Shown: positions 25,452-39,400 of the stretch, one piece after another | Layout of the letters: the number at the start of each line of letters is the position of its first letter | Position numbering within the stretch: the stretch's first letter is position 1 | Assembly (NCBI GenBank): GCA_030141605.1 | Contig: JAQGDQ010000198.1 | Location: forward strand, 124,001-188,000 | Reading direction: 5' to 3' | DNA length: 64,000 bases | Source: Tubiluchus corallicola | Taxonomy: Eukaryota > Animalia > Priapulida | The notes under the pieces: generated by a model | What the model was told of the DNA's origin: nothing | Database searches by the model: none | Seen by the model: only the letters and a program-made list of their open reading frames with translations | Translations under genes and position numbers: made by a program

Positions 25452-25929
25452 CAGCTTCTGCTCGTCACTGAATGTCGGGTGTCACTGAAGGCAGCTTGTC
25501 ATGCTACAACATTCCATTTCTTTAGCGTTATTGTTTTTATTTTACCAATCTGTTATTCTCACACCTATAGTTTGATCAGTAGCTTAGGCAAAAATAACGC
25601 AATATTGTGTGGGCGTCCATATCACTGGAATTTACCGCGAAATTTCGATTTTCGAGTGAATCGCTTTTACCACACTGCTAAACTAGTGAAAGATTCTGAC
25701 TGTGTCAAAAACTATGGTAAGATCCTATTGCTTTGACATCTTTGGCTTCTGTCTGTATTAATAAAAATGTGTTTCAAAGTAAATAATAATAGGTACGTAA
25801 GTACTTTTGTTCTTGACAGTAATAATTTCAGTGAAATTTGAAGTTGTCTCTTTTTCGTGATGGTCAAGGCTCTTGAGGTCATATTACCTCGATCCATTCA
25901 ATTCACCATGCATAATTACTTAGAAATTG

Positions 25930-26210
25930 AAAAATGGGAAAATTATTTTGTCTCCCCGACCTACCCAGTTTCGGTTTTTCACCCCCGACAAGTCGCGGAT
26001 CAACCAATAGCTGATAATATTCCATTCTTCTCTCACAAAAACCTTTCATTTGATGTACTACAGCCTACTATTGATTGACACTAGAACCATTTGTCTACCC
26101 GACTTCCTTTTGGTTTTTGCCCCTCAGGGTGGTAAAGGTTCAACTGATCCCTGTATAGCTCGTAGTGTTCAGTTCATCTGATCAAGACCTTTCATTTGAT
26201 ATACTACTGC
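25930..26210. repeat. Fragment of an interspersed repeat with internal direct repeats
   Basis: ACCTTTCATTTGAT(G/A)TACTAC occurs twice (near 26041 and 26187) with C-rich spacers; family not assignable by eye. Confidence 0.35.
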
Positions 26211-26402
26211 TGTAAAGTACAATCTTAATTACGTGATCTTTGTAAATAGCTAATGAAACTAGAAGATATTGTGGACTAAATTACCTGCCTGTAAGCCAAA
26301 ATTAAACTTTGTAAAATTGAATTCATTGTAATTATGTGTGCAATATTTTACCGTATGATAGTTGAAGACTTCGAGCTGTGTTCGAGTTTTAAAAAGCATG
26401 CA

Positions 26403-26852
26403 TGTAGCCCTGTAATGAACCTGGGGGGTGGTCAGGTATGCGGGACCACCCTATCCCTAGTTTGCCATGTTTGGGTTGTTGGTAGTTGTCACGTGAGCGT
26501 CATGTTTAGCGTTACTTGGATTATTTAGTGTGGAATCTCTCTGTGTTTTACTTGATAGACAGTTAGAGCAGAGACAGGAGCGGTTGACTTCAGTTGTTTA
26601 ATTTCAGTAAAATCCCTGTATTCATGTCAAAACAATAACTTTTCAAGCGTTCAAGTTATTAAAGTAATCATTTCACTATCTGTTCTATTTGTGTAAGTTG
26701 TATCACTTCAAATCGTGTCACTTCTTGATTCCTTGTCAATGTAAACACTGTACTTTCGTCGTTAAAGTTATTTAGCGGGGAACTTTTATATTTTAACTCA
26801 TTAGTTTAGTGTTTCGGTTTTATTGCGTTTGTGTTGGCGTGTTGAGGCTACA
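26403..26852. mobile_element. Probable solo LTR (450 bp)
   Basis: Starts TGTAGCC and ends GGCTACA (TG...CA with a 7-bp terminal inverted repeat); internal ATTAAA signal; no matching TSD seen. Confidence 0.5.
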
Positions 26853-29800
26853 GAGATATTTTAGCAGAAACAAGTTGCAGTATGATACTCACAGAGTAAT
26901 ACCTTTCGTTATCAGTGTCTTCAAATTTGTATAGTCACAAACATTTATACAATAAGCAAATCACGTTTGGACAGAATAATTATAGAGAATTTTGCTAAAT
27001 GTAGACGAGTCATTATACAGGCTAAAGCAACGGCGATAGATTATTGCTATATAAAAGAATAATTATTACATATCATTATACACAATTGCTACAGACCAAA
27101 GCAGTGTGCCGTGTCATAAAAACGGCATGTCGAATGATATTATTACTGGAAGAATCAGATACTAAATAACGCTTAATATGGCAATCAATAGTGAATATTT
27201 AAATATATAAGCGAATGAACAAGTGCCTCCATCAGTAGCTCTATACTTCACAGAAACACAGAGGATGAGGGTGATTATATTATTTACATCGACAGACACA
27301 ACGCACCGCATGCCCTCAGTTAGTAGTATTAAGGGCATATTTAACTAATTGTAGCATGCTGGGTAATATCTCGGCTAGTAGCAATCTTAATACACATAGT
27401 TGAGGTCCACTATAAGTCAAGACCTAGGCTGAACCTTTCGGACCGACGAGAACGCCTTGTAAGTCCAGGGAGTCCTGTTTTTAGGGCGTCTCTCATTTAA
27501 TGGAAAACAAGTCTCGATGCAGGGCTACTGGCTAGGATCGTTGCAGCTCTAATTAACGTCAAGCAAGAACGTCGTGTGCGTGATTTTCCACACATCTGTT
27601 GACGCTACACGCCCTGGTTTTTCGAGACATGAACTGCAACTGTGTATTGCCATTTGTCAGGAATGTTATACTACCATACTGTCATGATTAGAAGTTAAGT
27701 GAGCACGTAGATAGAAACTCCATATTTTTCCACAAAGTAATTAAAGATTTCCAGTTTACTCGGATTCGTGCGGCAATCACTATGGCAGGCAAATTATTCC
27801 ATTATTCACTAGTCTCTCAATAAGTGAATGTCGAGACATGACCGCTCTTTAAAAAGTTTTAAACTATGTCCTCTAGTTTCTGAAACAATAGCTAAATTTT
27901 AAAAAAATTCAGCCAAAAATTTTAATCTCCTGGTGGTCAATATTTTATAACCTCAATAAGATCTCCGCGGTGACTATCAATGTGACATTAGTGTCCTGAA
28001 ATAAATGTAGTTAATTCTACAATGATTTTCTGGTTATAATAATGGCTAAAAGATATCAGAAGGCTTATGTAACTCGGACAGTCGATAAAGGATCAGATCT
28101 TCTATAGACTGGAATAATCAAATTCATTTCATTTCCAGTCTAACAAGCAGTATGTACAATTTTTTAACTTTTACAAACAGTTGAAAATTCAGCTAGGTAC
28201 TGACACAGATTTCCAAGAGTACCTAAAATTTTATTGGACAAAACAATAAAATTCTGGTCATACTGCAGATAATTTTGGACATTTAGGGCTCTCAGTGTTT
28301 GTGGAGCACGTCTATAGAATCAGTTCCATATGAATTTAAAACAGGCTACAAATGTTAAAAAAATTTAGAAACTAGTAAAGACTCGTCTGTTTCAGCAAGC
28401 ACTTGTATAATTTAACTCTATAATTTTTACGTTTATGTGGTAACTGATAACCTTCAAAAATATGAGTCTATAATTTTATGCTAAAACTTTTTACTAGTGC
28501 GATAATATAATTCTTTATTAATGATTTTTTTCTTGTGGTTTTGTGTTCTTTGTGATAACTTAAAGTGATTTTTAGATTTCAGGTGTTTTTTTGTCATAAC
28601 TTAGTGTGTATTTTATTTTATTTTATTTTATACTGCACCACAGATAGTATTTTAAATTTGTGATGAGTGAAGTCGTGTGTCCTTTGACATGATTCTTGCA
28701 ATCATATTAGAATTTGATCATGCTGGCCTGCCACAGCTAACCTCCCATGCTTCTTTATTTTTGGTGCAGAAGTGGTGCTGACAAGCCATTGATTTCAATT
28801 TTTTATAAATTTTGAAGTCTGCAGTCTTTATGTTAGTCACTTTATAGCTGCGCGTGCTCCTTATAAACGATAAACTGCAACTGTAATTTTAAACAAATGT
28901 CTTGCCGAATGATGTCACAATTCTCAGCCTTGACTCGGCTTCCCTCGGAACTTCATAGCAACTTGGCAAATAACTTACTCGTTACAACTAAGACGCCACA
29001 AGTTGTTGTTTTAGAAGTCGATCCCTCATGTATATATATTTTGGTAAGAATAAGTTTATTGGGGAGAATTGGAGTAGATCCTTGCTTCTTTAGTCAAGCA
29101 AATTTTGCCTCAGCAAGAGCTTATCGTTTCAATGATCAGCCCTTCATTGTTTTGAGCCAGCTGTGAACTGGAAATCTTTAGAATAGGTAATAGAGGGTAA
29201 ACTATGATCTACACTGTGATGAACCCAGCCGTAACTGTGTACGGCGCCGGTTTGTGAGACGGGAGCAACAGGTAGATCCGATCTCCCAACTCGGCCTTTT
29301 GACTTTTAAAACATAGGCTAAATTTCAGTTCGGACAATAGCGCCACTCGACGACATTAAATTTTAGTTTTGAATGGAAGAAGTTACTAGAGACAGGAGCG
29401 ATATGTAGCAGCCGGAGCCGATATCTCCAAAGCCGGAGAATTCATTTCTTTTTTTAATCTATAAGTATGTAAACTGGCTATAATGCTGGTGGAATTTTCA
29501 CTCAGCCTTGTACTGAAATAATTCTCAAGATAAAACTGAAATTGAAACAGCGGAGCTGGTCGACTGATTTTTTAAACATCTTACTTCACAACCACAGGCC
29601 GTCAGAAGGCCACGTATAATAGCCAATGGGTAAAATCGCACAAATTGGCATAAAATGAAGTTTATAGGTTTCAAGACTTTGAACCTCTTAATCACGGCTG
29701 TTTTGCAAATTTCTTTGATCTGCCAACTTGACACTAGTATTTTGCCAGCCAGCAAAACAGAAATAGTTAGGCCCAAATTCCAAAAAAGTGCGTCTATAAA

Positions 29801-30059
29801 GTTCTGGGAGCGTTTTTTTCTAAAAGCGGGCAACATAGCCAGTCTTATTAATAAGACTATGATGCTGAATCCGAAAAAAAACTGTTATCAGTTCGAATGA
29901 TTAGCGGAGAGGAGTTAAAAATGCAAAAATGAAAATCGGGTCTAACTACTCTGGAATATATGTCAAGGTGGCTTCGTAATGTTAATTTTCTGAAAATTTC
30001 TCTCAAGGTTAGGAGATTGTTTAGGCAAGTTTCGTCGTTCTACAACAAGTAAATTAGCG

Positions 30060-32370
30060 ATCGCTGCATATTTTCAAATGAAAAAGCAAAAAAAGATTGT
30101 ATTCAAAATGAAGAAACAGCAATATCAAGCTAAATTAAGAATAAAGTTGACTGACTGTTATTCTGCCAATTCGAAGCAATTTTGAAAACTGTTTAAAACT
30201 GCTGGTTATATGACTGTCACTGTAACCAAAGTAGAATGCTTTACAATCATTTTAAGATGTTGGCAAACCCCGTTACAGATGCACAATTAATTAATTTTGA
30301 TAACGTTTTTGGGACAAAATTTAAAATTTTGTAGCTAGTTATAATTTGATGAACAATGTGAGAATGACGATTGCTATTTTAATAATCAATTTAAATGGGG
30401 TGTATTACGGAAATGCTTAAGTAACATAAAATCTGGTAGAATAACTGGCAATGATGGTATATCCATTGAATGTGTTAAAGAAGAATTGGCAAGAACTACT
30501 AATTGGAATAACTACTAAATTGTTAACTGAAAATTTTTAATACGATATTTAACACAGGGTATTTTCCAGCAGAATGATCCGAATCTGTTATTATGCCTAT
30601 ACATAAATCAGGCCCCCAGAGTGACCCACATAACTACAGAGGCATGTTTTAAATGTAATTGGCAAACTTTTTAAAGCTTTGGTGTGCAGCAGACTAGAAT
30701 CTTTGGGATAAAAACATGATAGCTATACCTGAAATACAAGCTGGATTCCGGCCTAACTGTAAAACTGCTGACAACATTCTTATTTTAAAATCCGTTGTTG
30801 ACAAATATTTAGCAAAAAAATGAAAAACTATATACTTGCTTTGTTGATTTAAGCCTTTGATTCAGTTAGTAGAAGTTGTTTGTTATACAAACTTAGTATA
30901 TCATGAAGCACGGGCAAGGTCTTGCGTACTATTAAAAATCTGTATACTTGTACTAAAAGTTGTGCTAAAAAGCAGCATGGAGTCACAGACACGTTTTCTG
31001 TAAATTTAGGTGTGCTGCAAGGATATACGCTTTCTCCTATATTATTTTCATTGTATCTTAGTGATTTAGAAGTTGAAGAAGTAGATCCGGTCTTACTTGT
31101 TGTTACTACTCTATGTCTGTTAATGTTTGCCGATGATTTAATTTTAATGAGTAGTTCCAAACAAGGTTTGCAAAACCTGTTAAACCTGCTAAGTGAATAT
31201 TGCAGGAAATGGAGACTGTCAGTAAATGCTTCTAAAACAAAGATTTTAATATTTGAAAAACGAAACACTGTAGTGCCTGAACAAATTTAGTAGTAGTTTT
31301 TACTATAATGGTAATATGTTAGAACACTGTACTGAATATAAGCATCTAGGAGTATATTTTACTGAAAATGGATATTTCAACAAAGCAATAGATCACTTGA
31401 TATGTCAAGGCAACAAAGCCAAGTTTGCAGTTCACAGTAAATCAAAAACATTTGGATATTTTGACGTCAGTCTAGCAATGTTGTTGTTTGATATTTACGT
31501 TAATCTATCTTTGATTATGGATGCGAAGTCTGGGGATATAAAGAATTTGATAACTCAGAAAGGCCATGCCTAAAATAATACAAATCAGTGTTAGGAGTAA
31601 AGAGCTCAACACATACACCTGCTGTCTTAGGGTAATTGGGCAAATATCTCATCAACCTATCAATTAAAATAAGAGTCATTAAGTATTGGCTGCGTTTAGT
31701 TTCACTACCAGTTAATAGACAGTGCAAGGAAGCTTATATTTTGTCTAAACAATATAATTTACCGCGGTATCTAGGGTTAACAAAAATCCTGTCTGATATT
31801 AATCCAGTGTTTTTATTAGAAAATGATATAGTGCCATTACATATGAGTGCTTTGTATATTGCTGAAGAAAGGTTACAACCATGTTATGTTACCATTTGGA
31901 AAAATTCACTAGCCGAAATGTCAAAGTTATCCTTTTACAGTAAATTTGAAACTTCTTTTAAATTTGAGTCTTATTTGGTAAATGTAAAGAATGTTAAAGA
32001 TCGTATTGCATTGACTAAGAACAAGCCCACTCACTGCCTATAGAAACTGGGCGGTATATAACACCTCCTATTCCTCGAGAGGAGCGTCTATGTACCAAGT
32101 GTAATGAAGTCGGTGACGAATGCTATTTTATTCTATTTTGCTCTTAACGTAACACCGTCCGCAACTTCCTTGTAAATGCATTCTATAAATGAATTCTATT
32201 CCAGACTTTTACTTTTTAAATATTGATGACAAACTGACTTGTACGATGCAATCTCATGATGTCACTATTCAATGTTCTGTAGCTATGTTTGTTCGCATTT
32301 GTATGCAAAATTTTGTTGTATGGATGCTTTTTATTTGATCGGCCCTGTTGGCCAAAAATCAATAAATTAT
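30060..32370 (+). mobile_element. Decayed 5'-truncated non-LTR retrotransposon (RT plus C-terminal Cys motif; CR1/L2-group-like)
   Basis: Frameshifted RT motifs PIHKSG...DPHNYRG, QAGFR, CFVD..AFDSV, GVLQGYTLSPILFSLYLSDL, LMFADD, YKHLGV; C-terminal PIETGRY...PREERLCTKC; AATAAA near 32361. Multiple stops; 5' boundary approximate. Confidence 0.9.
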
Positions 32371-33099
32371 ATACTTCTTAAATTATGTTGTTGGTGCAAA
32401 AACTTGGCGGCCATTTTTTGTGTTTTTAATCCCCTTTCGCTAATTTTTCGAGCTGGAACAGCGTTTTTCGGATTTCGTTTTTCTGAAAATGGGACTAGAC
32501 TAATGCGCATACCCAAAATTTCTCTCTACGCAGCCTAATTTTACAGAAAGAAATTTTCTGATTTTGAAAGTGTAGTTTATACGCTCCCTCAGTTAGTCAT
32601 TATGTTAATCTGTTTAAATTACTGATACGTTCGCATGCCTGTTGGTCGAAAAGAAAAATGGACAAACTATCAACCACCCCTTAGTTTGTAGAATTTATAA
32701 AACTGAATTCATTGACTTCAGAATTTAACACTATTGGATTTTATTAATAGCACTGATTGATGATTGATTGATTGAATACTTTTATTTCGGCACAAAGTTC
32801 ATATCACAACACAATACAAACCATAGTTAACGAACAAACATTATACATATAAATCAATATAGAATTATCGGTTAGTAGTTTCTCAGAATTAAATATAGTT
32901 CATTAAGTATGTACGATATTTGCAACTTTGCTTTATTCATTGACATGTGAATTTATATAAAATATGACGAGGATGCGGTAAAAGCAGTTAGAAGAGGTGT
33001 GCACAGCAGCATCAGTTCCTGTCCTTATGTTCCCTCCTAGTGGTTCATAAGAGTCAATTTTCAAGACTAGTGAGTCAGAGAAAAAAGAGGATAAGAGAA

Positions 33100-33250
33100 T
33101 GAACAGATAAAGAGAGAAAAAAGACACTATGTGAGGGGAAAGTAGGACGAGAGTGAGGGGGGAAAAGAGACGGGAGAGGGGATGAGGGAGAGAGAGAGAT
33201 AGAGAAAGAAAGAAGGACTGAAATAGTGAAAAAATAAGAAAGAGTAGTAG
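33100..33250. repeat. GA-rich low-complexity tract
   Basis: Purine-rich AG/GGA runs. Confidence 0.6.
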
Positions 33251-36200
33251 CGCAGAAAATTTAGAAATATTTTATAACGCTTACTTCAGCAATCATTGCA
33301 TGTTAGTTGTAGATGTGTTATGTATTACGCTTGAAATAAACGATAAAATTTTAATCGGTTCAAATAAAATTATAGCATGTAACGCAAATTATGAGATGAG
33401 ATACTTACACGTATGACTTAGCTATATCTGATGCTGTAAACAATTCAAGTCTGGAATTTATCACAGTTATTGCAGTTATTCGCCCTGAAATTCTCTCTTT
33501 GCGTCTTGCCTAAGCTTATTTTTCTGTTAAGCATTAATGAAAAAAATGTGGTGCGAAATAAACATTTAAGAATAAAGTAATAATAAATGAAACAAAACTT
33601 CACAATATTTGCAGAAATTTAAGTCATGATTACAGAGTTTTGAGTACATGACGTAATTTGTAATTATGTTGATTTCTTTAATGCGAATATATGGGATTAT
33701 ATAATTTCGTTAATTATTATTATAAGAAATTTAGCTAGAACAGAAATTATTGTAAGTAATAATTAAATATAGTTGCAATTGTATGAACATTACTTATAAA
33801 TTCTGTCAAAAACTGTAATTCTGTATTTAAAGGTACACGAGCTCTATTAGTTAAAGAATAATTTTAATAGATGACGACACTAGCGCATATAATGACCACA
33901 CTAGATAGTGTTGTAATGTTCCTTGTATAAGGTGGAGACATCTATTCACAAGGAAGAAGCAGCTTTCAAGCTGATACCCTTTTAAGCTGTTGCAACTATG
34001 ATTACTTTAAAAGTTGGCATAATTTCACCAACCTCATTAGCAGGTAACACTCGGGTAAATATGCTTTGAATTAAATTTTGTATTACAAATTATTTTTTTG
34101 CTTTTAGCAAAAGACGATTTACAATTGATACGTTCTGCAGTGTAATGTCAGTTTATTTCCTGTTGCATATTGACATGGTTGTTTGAGATACACGTGTTAA
34201 TCAGCGATGATTAATAATTTTTTTCGAAGATATCGGAGCACGAATCTGTCTGGTAAGTCACATTCGTGCTGACACACAGAACATCCTAAAAGCGTTTTCG
34301 ATATTAGCTGGTTATCCAATCCTGTTAAGTCTTTTTTATCTTGCAAGTATCAGAAATATACTTTCCAGCTTAGTAAACAAACATAGATCCTTGTTAATTT
34401 TCTTTATTCTGTACTTTGCTTTTATTTGTTATCATAAGCCAACATTCACATAATTAAAACAAGTACATGATTAAAACGAAGCATATAAAATTCGCCAACG
34501 ACAAAACAGTTATGCAAAAAATTAGTTTTAAGTCGTGTAGGAAACCAGCAGACTGTTAACATCATGCTAGAAAATTATTAATTTTTTAAAAAAATCTAAA
34601 ATGATAAGCAAAATACTTGACATTTAGGCCTATAAATAATAGTAAGCTACATAAGTCTAAATAATAAAATGTCTAACACGACGGACTAAACGACGATGAT
34701 TTTATTGTCAATGAACGATTTGTGCGATTTTTACGATGTTGTCACTTGTAAACTACTTGTAAACTAGACTGTCAGCTGTTTAGACAGGGATTTCGAAGCC
34801 TATTATCACCCCGTCTAAGTGCGTACCATTTTTATGTGGCCTTTAATCTTAAGATAACTGGATAACTCGGAAATTACACTAGCTACGTGCACGAAATATT
34901 ATATAGATGCTGTCCATGCGCTATAAATTATTATAGTGAACGTACCTTGTGTTGAAAATTCAGATGACGCTTATATATAATTTAACATTTAGAGATGGAT
35001 AACTTGAAAATGCACAACGCAGTATACATAACTTATAAAGCAGAGCAGCAGACACGATATTAAGCAGAAATGATTGTGTACTTTAAAGAGATTTTAAACA
35101 AAGGCTGGACGAATTGCAAAATGAAAAAGAGCAAACTAGGGCAGAATGAAATCCAGTTATTACATAATTTGGAGGTACCGGAGCTACTAGCACCCGCCAC
35201 TTAAGCATCTAGCCAACGTAACAGCAACGTGACAGAGGCTAGTGTTGCCAGCCAGGACATTGGCCAAATATATTTCCTGTAATACGTTATAATTATGTCA
35301 CTATTTAGCAACCAAGTACTCAAAATACTTTGACTAAATCTGCCGATAAACATAAGAAGCAATATTAGCATGTGGCAACAAATAAATTAATTAACACGTT
35401 AACAATAAACTATATGAATATTTAACACATACTGCTAAACTATAAAATTTAAGTTTAAAATTCAACACTCAAAAAATAATTCATTGTATAAAGGAGGTAA
35501 CACACTGATAGGCCAAGAACAAAAAAATGCCTAAAGAAAATAAGACAATACTATTCAGCTCAAATCTACAAATCTACAGCTAGGTCTACAAATTTTTATT
35601 GGGGAAACAATTACACGTACTTGATAAAGTGTTTTTCACACTTAAGCATTTAAAATATTACAACAAGATGCAAGTAGACAGCGTGAAATGCTTACGTTAC
35701 TGGTACAATTTGAAGACAAATTCAGTGCCTAAACTTATGCAGTTTATTTGGAGAACTACAGGACATTTAGACGCAATTATAGGAATAAGTGTCTAATGTC
35801 TATGATGAATCGGGGCCAAAGTCTACCATTTTACACAATTTTTTTCAGCATTTTAACTAAAAGGCTCAACGCCAGAAAATGCGCAGTAATTACTGCTCTT
35901 TTTGCTGTCTCTCTGCGTGAGGCTGGCCTCAAGTCTATAAGCAAACTTGTAAAACAAACCATAATAAAACTGCAACACGCTGCTTACTGAGTACCTTTAG
36001 ATTTTGTTGGAAACCATGTTTATAATTCCAATGATGCTGTATTACATTATAACTTTTTTCTTTAGTTCGTAAGCCAGTAGGGAAAATCCAAGCCTATTAA
36101 CATTGGTTATTGTGGCAGGATTGGAACTTCTTCATCAAATATAATAAGAATTTCATTCTCTAATCTCTGAAATTATAGAATGAAGCACTAGAGATGTCGT

Positions 36201-36461
36201 TGTCACGTATAGGACAATATCGTCACTAAGCCTCAAGGACTGAAATAGCTGGGAGTATGGCAGGAGCAATTAACCAGTTTCACAATAGTTCCTATCCGCT
36301 TTGTAACTATCATGCACCGTGACCACTCAGCCATTCACATCACCAATGGAGTCTTTAATTCCTCAGTACTTCCTTCAGATTGTCAGACAGGGATAACAAA
36401 GCAAATTGAGACACTGCACTGATTGAAAACTCCATCATAGATCCACAGTATTATTACATCG

Positions 36462-39400
36462 CTACAAAACAGTGCACAGGCGACTTTTTATTTTTGCGCT
36501 TGTTTTCTGATTGATATCAGCGTTTGTGCCATCTTCTTTATACTTATTTCCTCTAGGTGATTCCGGTTTCTGTTTTGCTCGCGATTTTCTTCCAACTTCA
36601 TCATTTTCTGCTCCTGGCAGTTCGTTTAACGTGTCCTTGTTCTTCCCATCATTATTGGAGTTAGTAGCACTTGTTGATTTCACCTCCTTTACTAATGCCA
36701 AGGAACTGCCTTCCGTCTTGCCTGTAGGTGGCGTTTTGTTCCTTGCAAGTTCTTTTGGCGTTGTTCCATTTTCAACTGAACCTTTTTCCTGAAAAACAGA
36801 TAAGAAAAATAGTAACGAAAGAATTCATGCACTTTACAATCTCCACTGTTATAATCAATAGTTTCACAGAGTGTAAAGCAATGTATATGTAAGAGCCTGT
36901 TTCATCTGTCAACCAAATACTTTTATGCTGTGTATACAGTTTCTGACAGGTAGTATATGGCATGCTTGTCAAGCGGCACGCAGCTTCAACGGTTAAGTAC
37001 GTTTACATTATGCCTGCATAGTAATAACATAAAATATTCCACAAATAAGCAAATTAACAAATGAAAGCTCTCCGCATTAAACCAGCAGCAGCGATCCCTG
37101 TAACGTCTATCGAAACTCTAAATGAACGAATTTTGATAGCACACTAATTAAAAAACAACAATACCCATCTCATTTGGCTTTATTTGGGCTCAAATTATTT
37201 ACCCAATAGCCAGGACGTTTTCTACAAAATTTTTGTCAGTTGAAATATTATGCGACTGAAAAAAGTCAGAGGCCTAAATGTGATATGTAGAGCATGTCAA
37301 GCATGAGCAGATGAGTGACTTAAACAAACATTATAATTATCCTAAGAACAGCGCATATATCTCACCTTCGATTAAAAGTAAAAATATATAATTATTGCAA
37401 CCGTAATAACAATATTATTATTATTCAACAGAATTAAACTACTGGTGATTATTACGATTAATGTTAACGGTGGCACATATCTATCATTAATAATACTTGT
37501 TAATGACGAGTTTATTGTGATTATTAATAATCATTAATAACAAGATATGCCAAACTTAAAAGACAGGTGTTGGGCAATGAGCAGACACGGTTGACAGCAG
37601 ACACGATTACCTGTATCAGATTTCTGCGTCATTTTCAAGTCTGGAGGTAGATTTTCTTTTCGGTTAATTTCGCATACAATGCAACTTCCTCTGCAGCAAT
37701 TTTTGGCCCAGAGGATAACTTCCCGCATAAGAATTCGCTAATTTTTGGTACAGAGATCGACTTACTGTGTAACTTGACAATTTCCAGAGCAGTGAGGTCT
37801 ACCTCCTGCATCCCAATTTTCAGGTTGGAAATCGCCTAACCAGAAACCGACACAAATGCAAAAGATCTATACTACTGAAAAGTATACCTGGACTTTATAG
37901 TCACTAGTCCAGTAAGACCTATGCATGTACATACATATGTAGCAGTGATATTTGGACTGGTTCAAAACAGAAGGAATGTCAAAAAATTTCGCGATTCATG
38001 GGGAGCACTGTAAGATACCCAGCGATGCCATGATTTCTGGGCCAGAGACCTGGTAAGCCACAAATTTAAAAACTAAATCTCGGTTACACTTATATTTGAA
38101 AATTAAATCGATTTTACATGGCTTTCCTGTGTTTTTCAGACTTCGCGCTCAACAAGCTTTCGTAAGAATAAGTACGACACAAATGTTTATTTGGGTTAAT
38201 GATGTAAAGCTTATTTTGTAAAACAAACAAAAAGATATGATCGTTTTTGTGGACAATTTTTATTTTAGTAGAAATGGGTAATAACCCATGTAACGCAAAA
38301 CCTGGTGTGATATGCTTTTAAAATTTGCATTATTCTTGCGACAAGATTAATTACTTGTTCGTAAAACTTTATAAATAAAACGTCCCAGAATTCCAGGCGT
38401 AATGAAAAGCTAAATGCAGTTGTCAACGACCTGTAACCTAAAGCAAATACGACTACTCTAATACAAATCAGTGATGGAAAATAAAGAACATACGTCATTA
38501 GATTTGACTGATACTGCCGCCACCGACTGAGGTTCAGTCGTTAACTGTTGATTAATCGGTGGCGGCTGCAAGTTTCCCTGCTGTCTCTCATAGGTGGCGC
38601 TGTTATGTGTGCCGTCCTCACCATGTATAGGAGGCTCTGGAGTTGGCGCATTCGGACCAGGATCTGGTGGCTTCGGTTCCGTCAACGTTGACTGCTTTTG
38701 AGTCGGTTTTTTCTGAGCTTCCCGTTTATTTGGTGAAGCGGCAAGGGGAGAATTTTCCCGTTCTAGTTCTAAAATGCATGTGGTAAAGAGTTAGTAAAAC
38801 AGTTTGAAACGAGAATAAGTAATTTATGTGAATTAATTATAAAATACTATTCCGGTCAGACATAGATTTAAAAATTTATTAGTGTATGAAAATTGCTGAT
38901 TCTTAACAGAAACAATTTTTCTAATACTAAATAGGTTTTTTTTCTAAACAAACTTCTTTTACCCTTTTCATTCATTATTCATTATGTTTTAACTAAATAT
39001 TTAATTTATTCATTATTCACTTACGAATTTCATCTATCGGAAGTTACTATGATATAAACGATAAAAATGTGACAATGAATGTAATTAATAAGAGGTCATT
39101 CTGAATTTAAAGGAGATGAAAAGGCTTGTTTAAAGTATGACTCTGAAAACTTCCCACACAGAGTTATATTACTTTGCATTCGCTTATCTGTTTGAAGGGA
39201 CTTACATAATTAGAAAAGAAAATGTTTAATAATTTAAAATATTCGCGAAACCTGGTACAACGGCACTGCATCGCCATCCCAGTGCGCACCATTGTTTCAC
39301 CAAAAATCACATTATTGATCTTATTGACAAGATAACGTAATATAAACTTTGCTTAGTTAACGAAAACTGTTGCGAATTTCTCTGATTTTTTCGAACTTTA

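Noticed and set aside
36511-36792. + strand ORFs opposite real exons (also 45412-45765, and - strand 55374-55592 and 30849-31268)
   Set aside because: Antisense shadows of coding exons or of the LINE RT, with no independent motifs.
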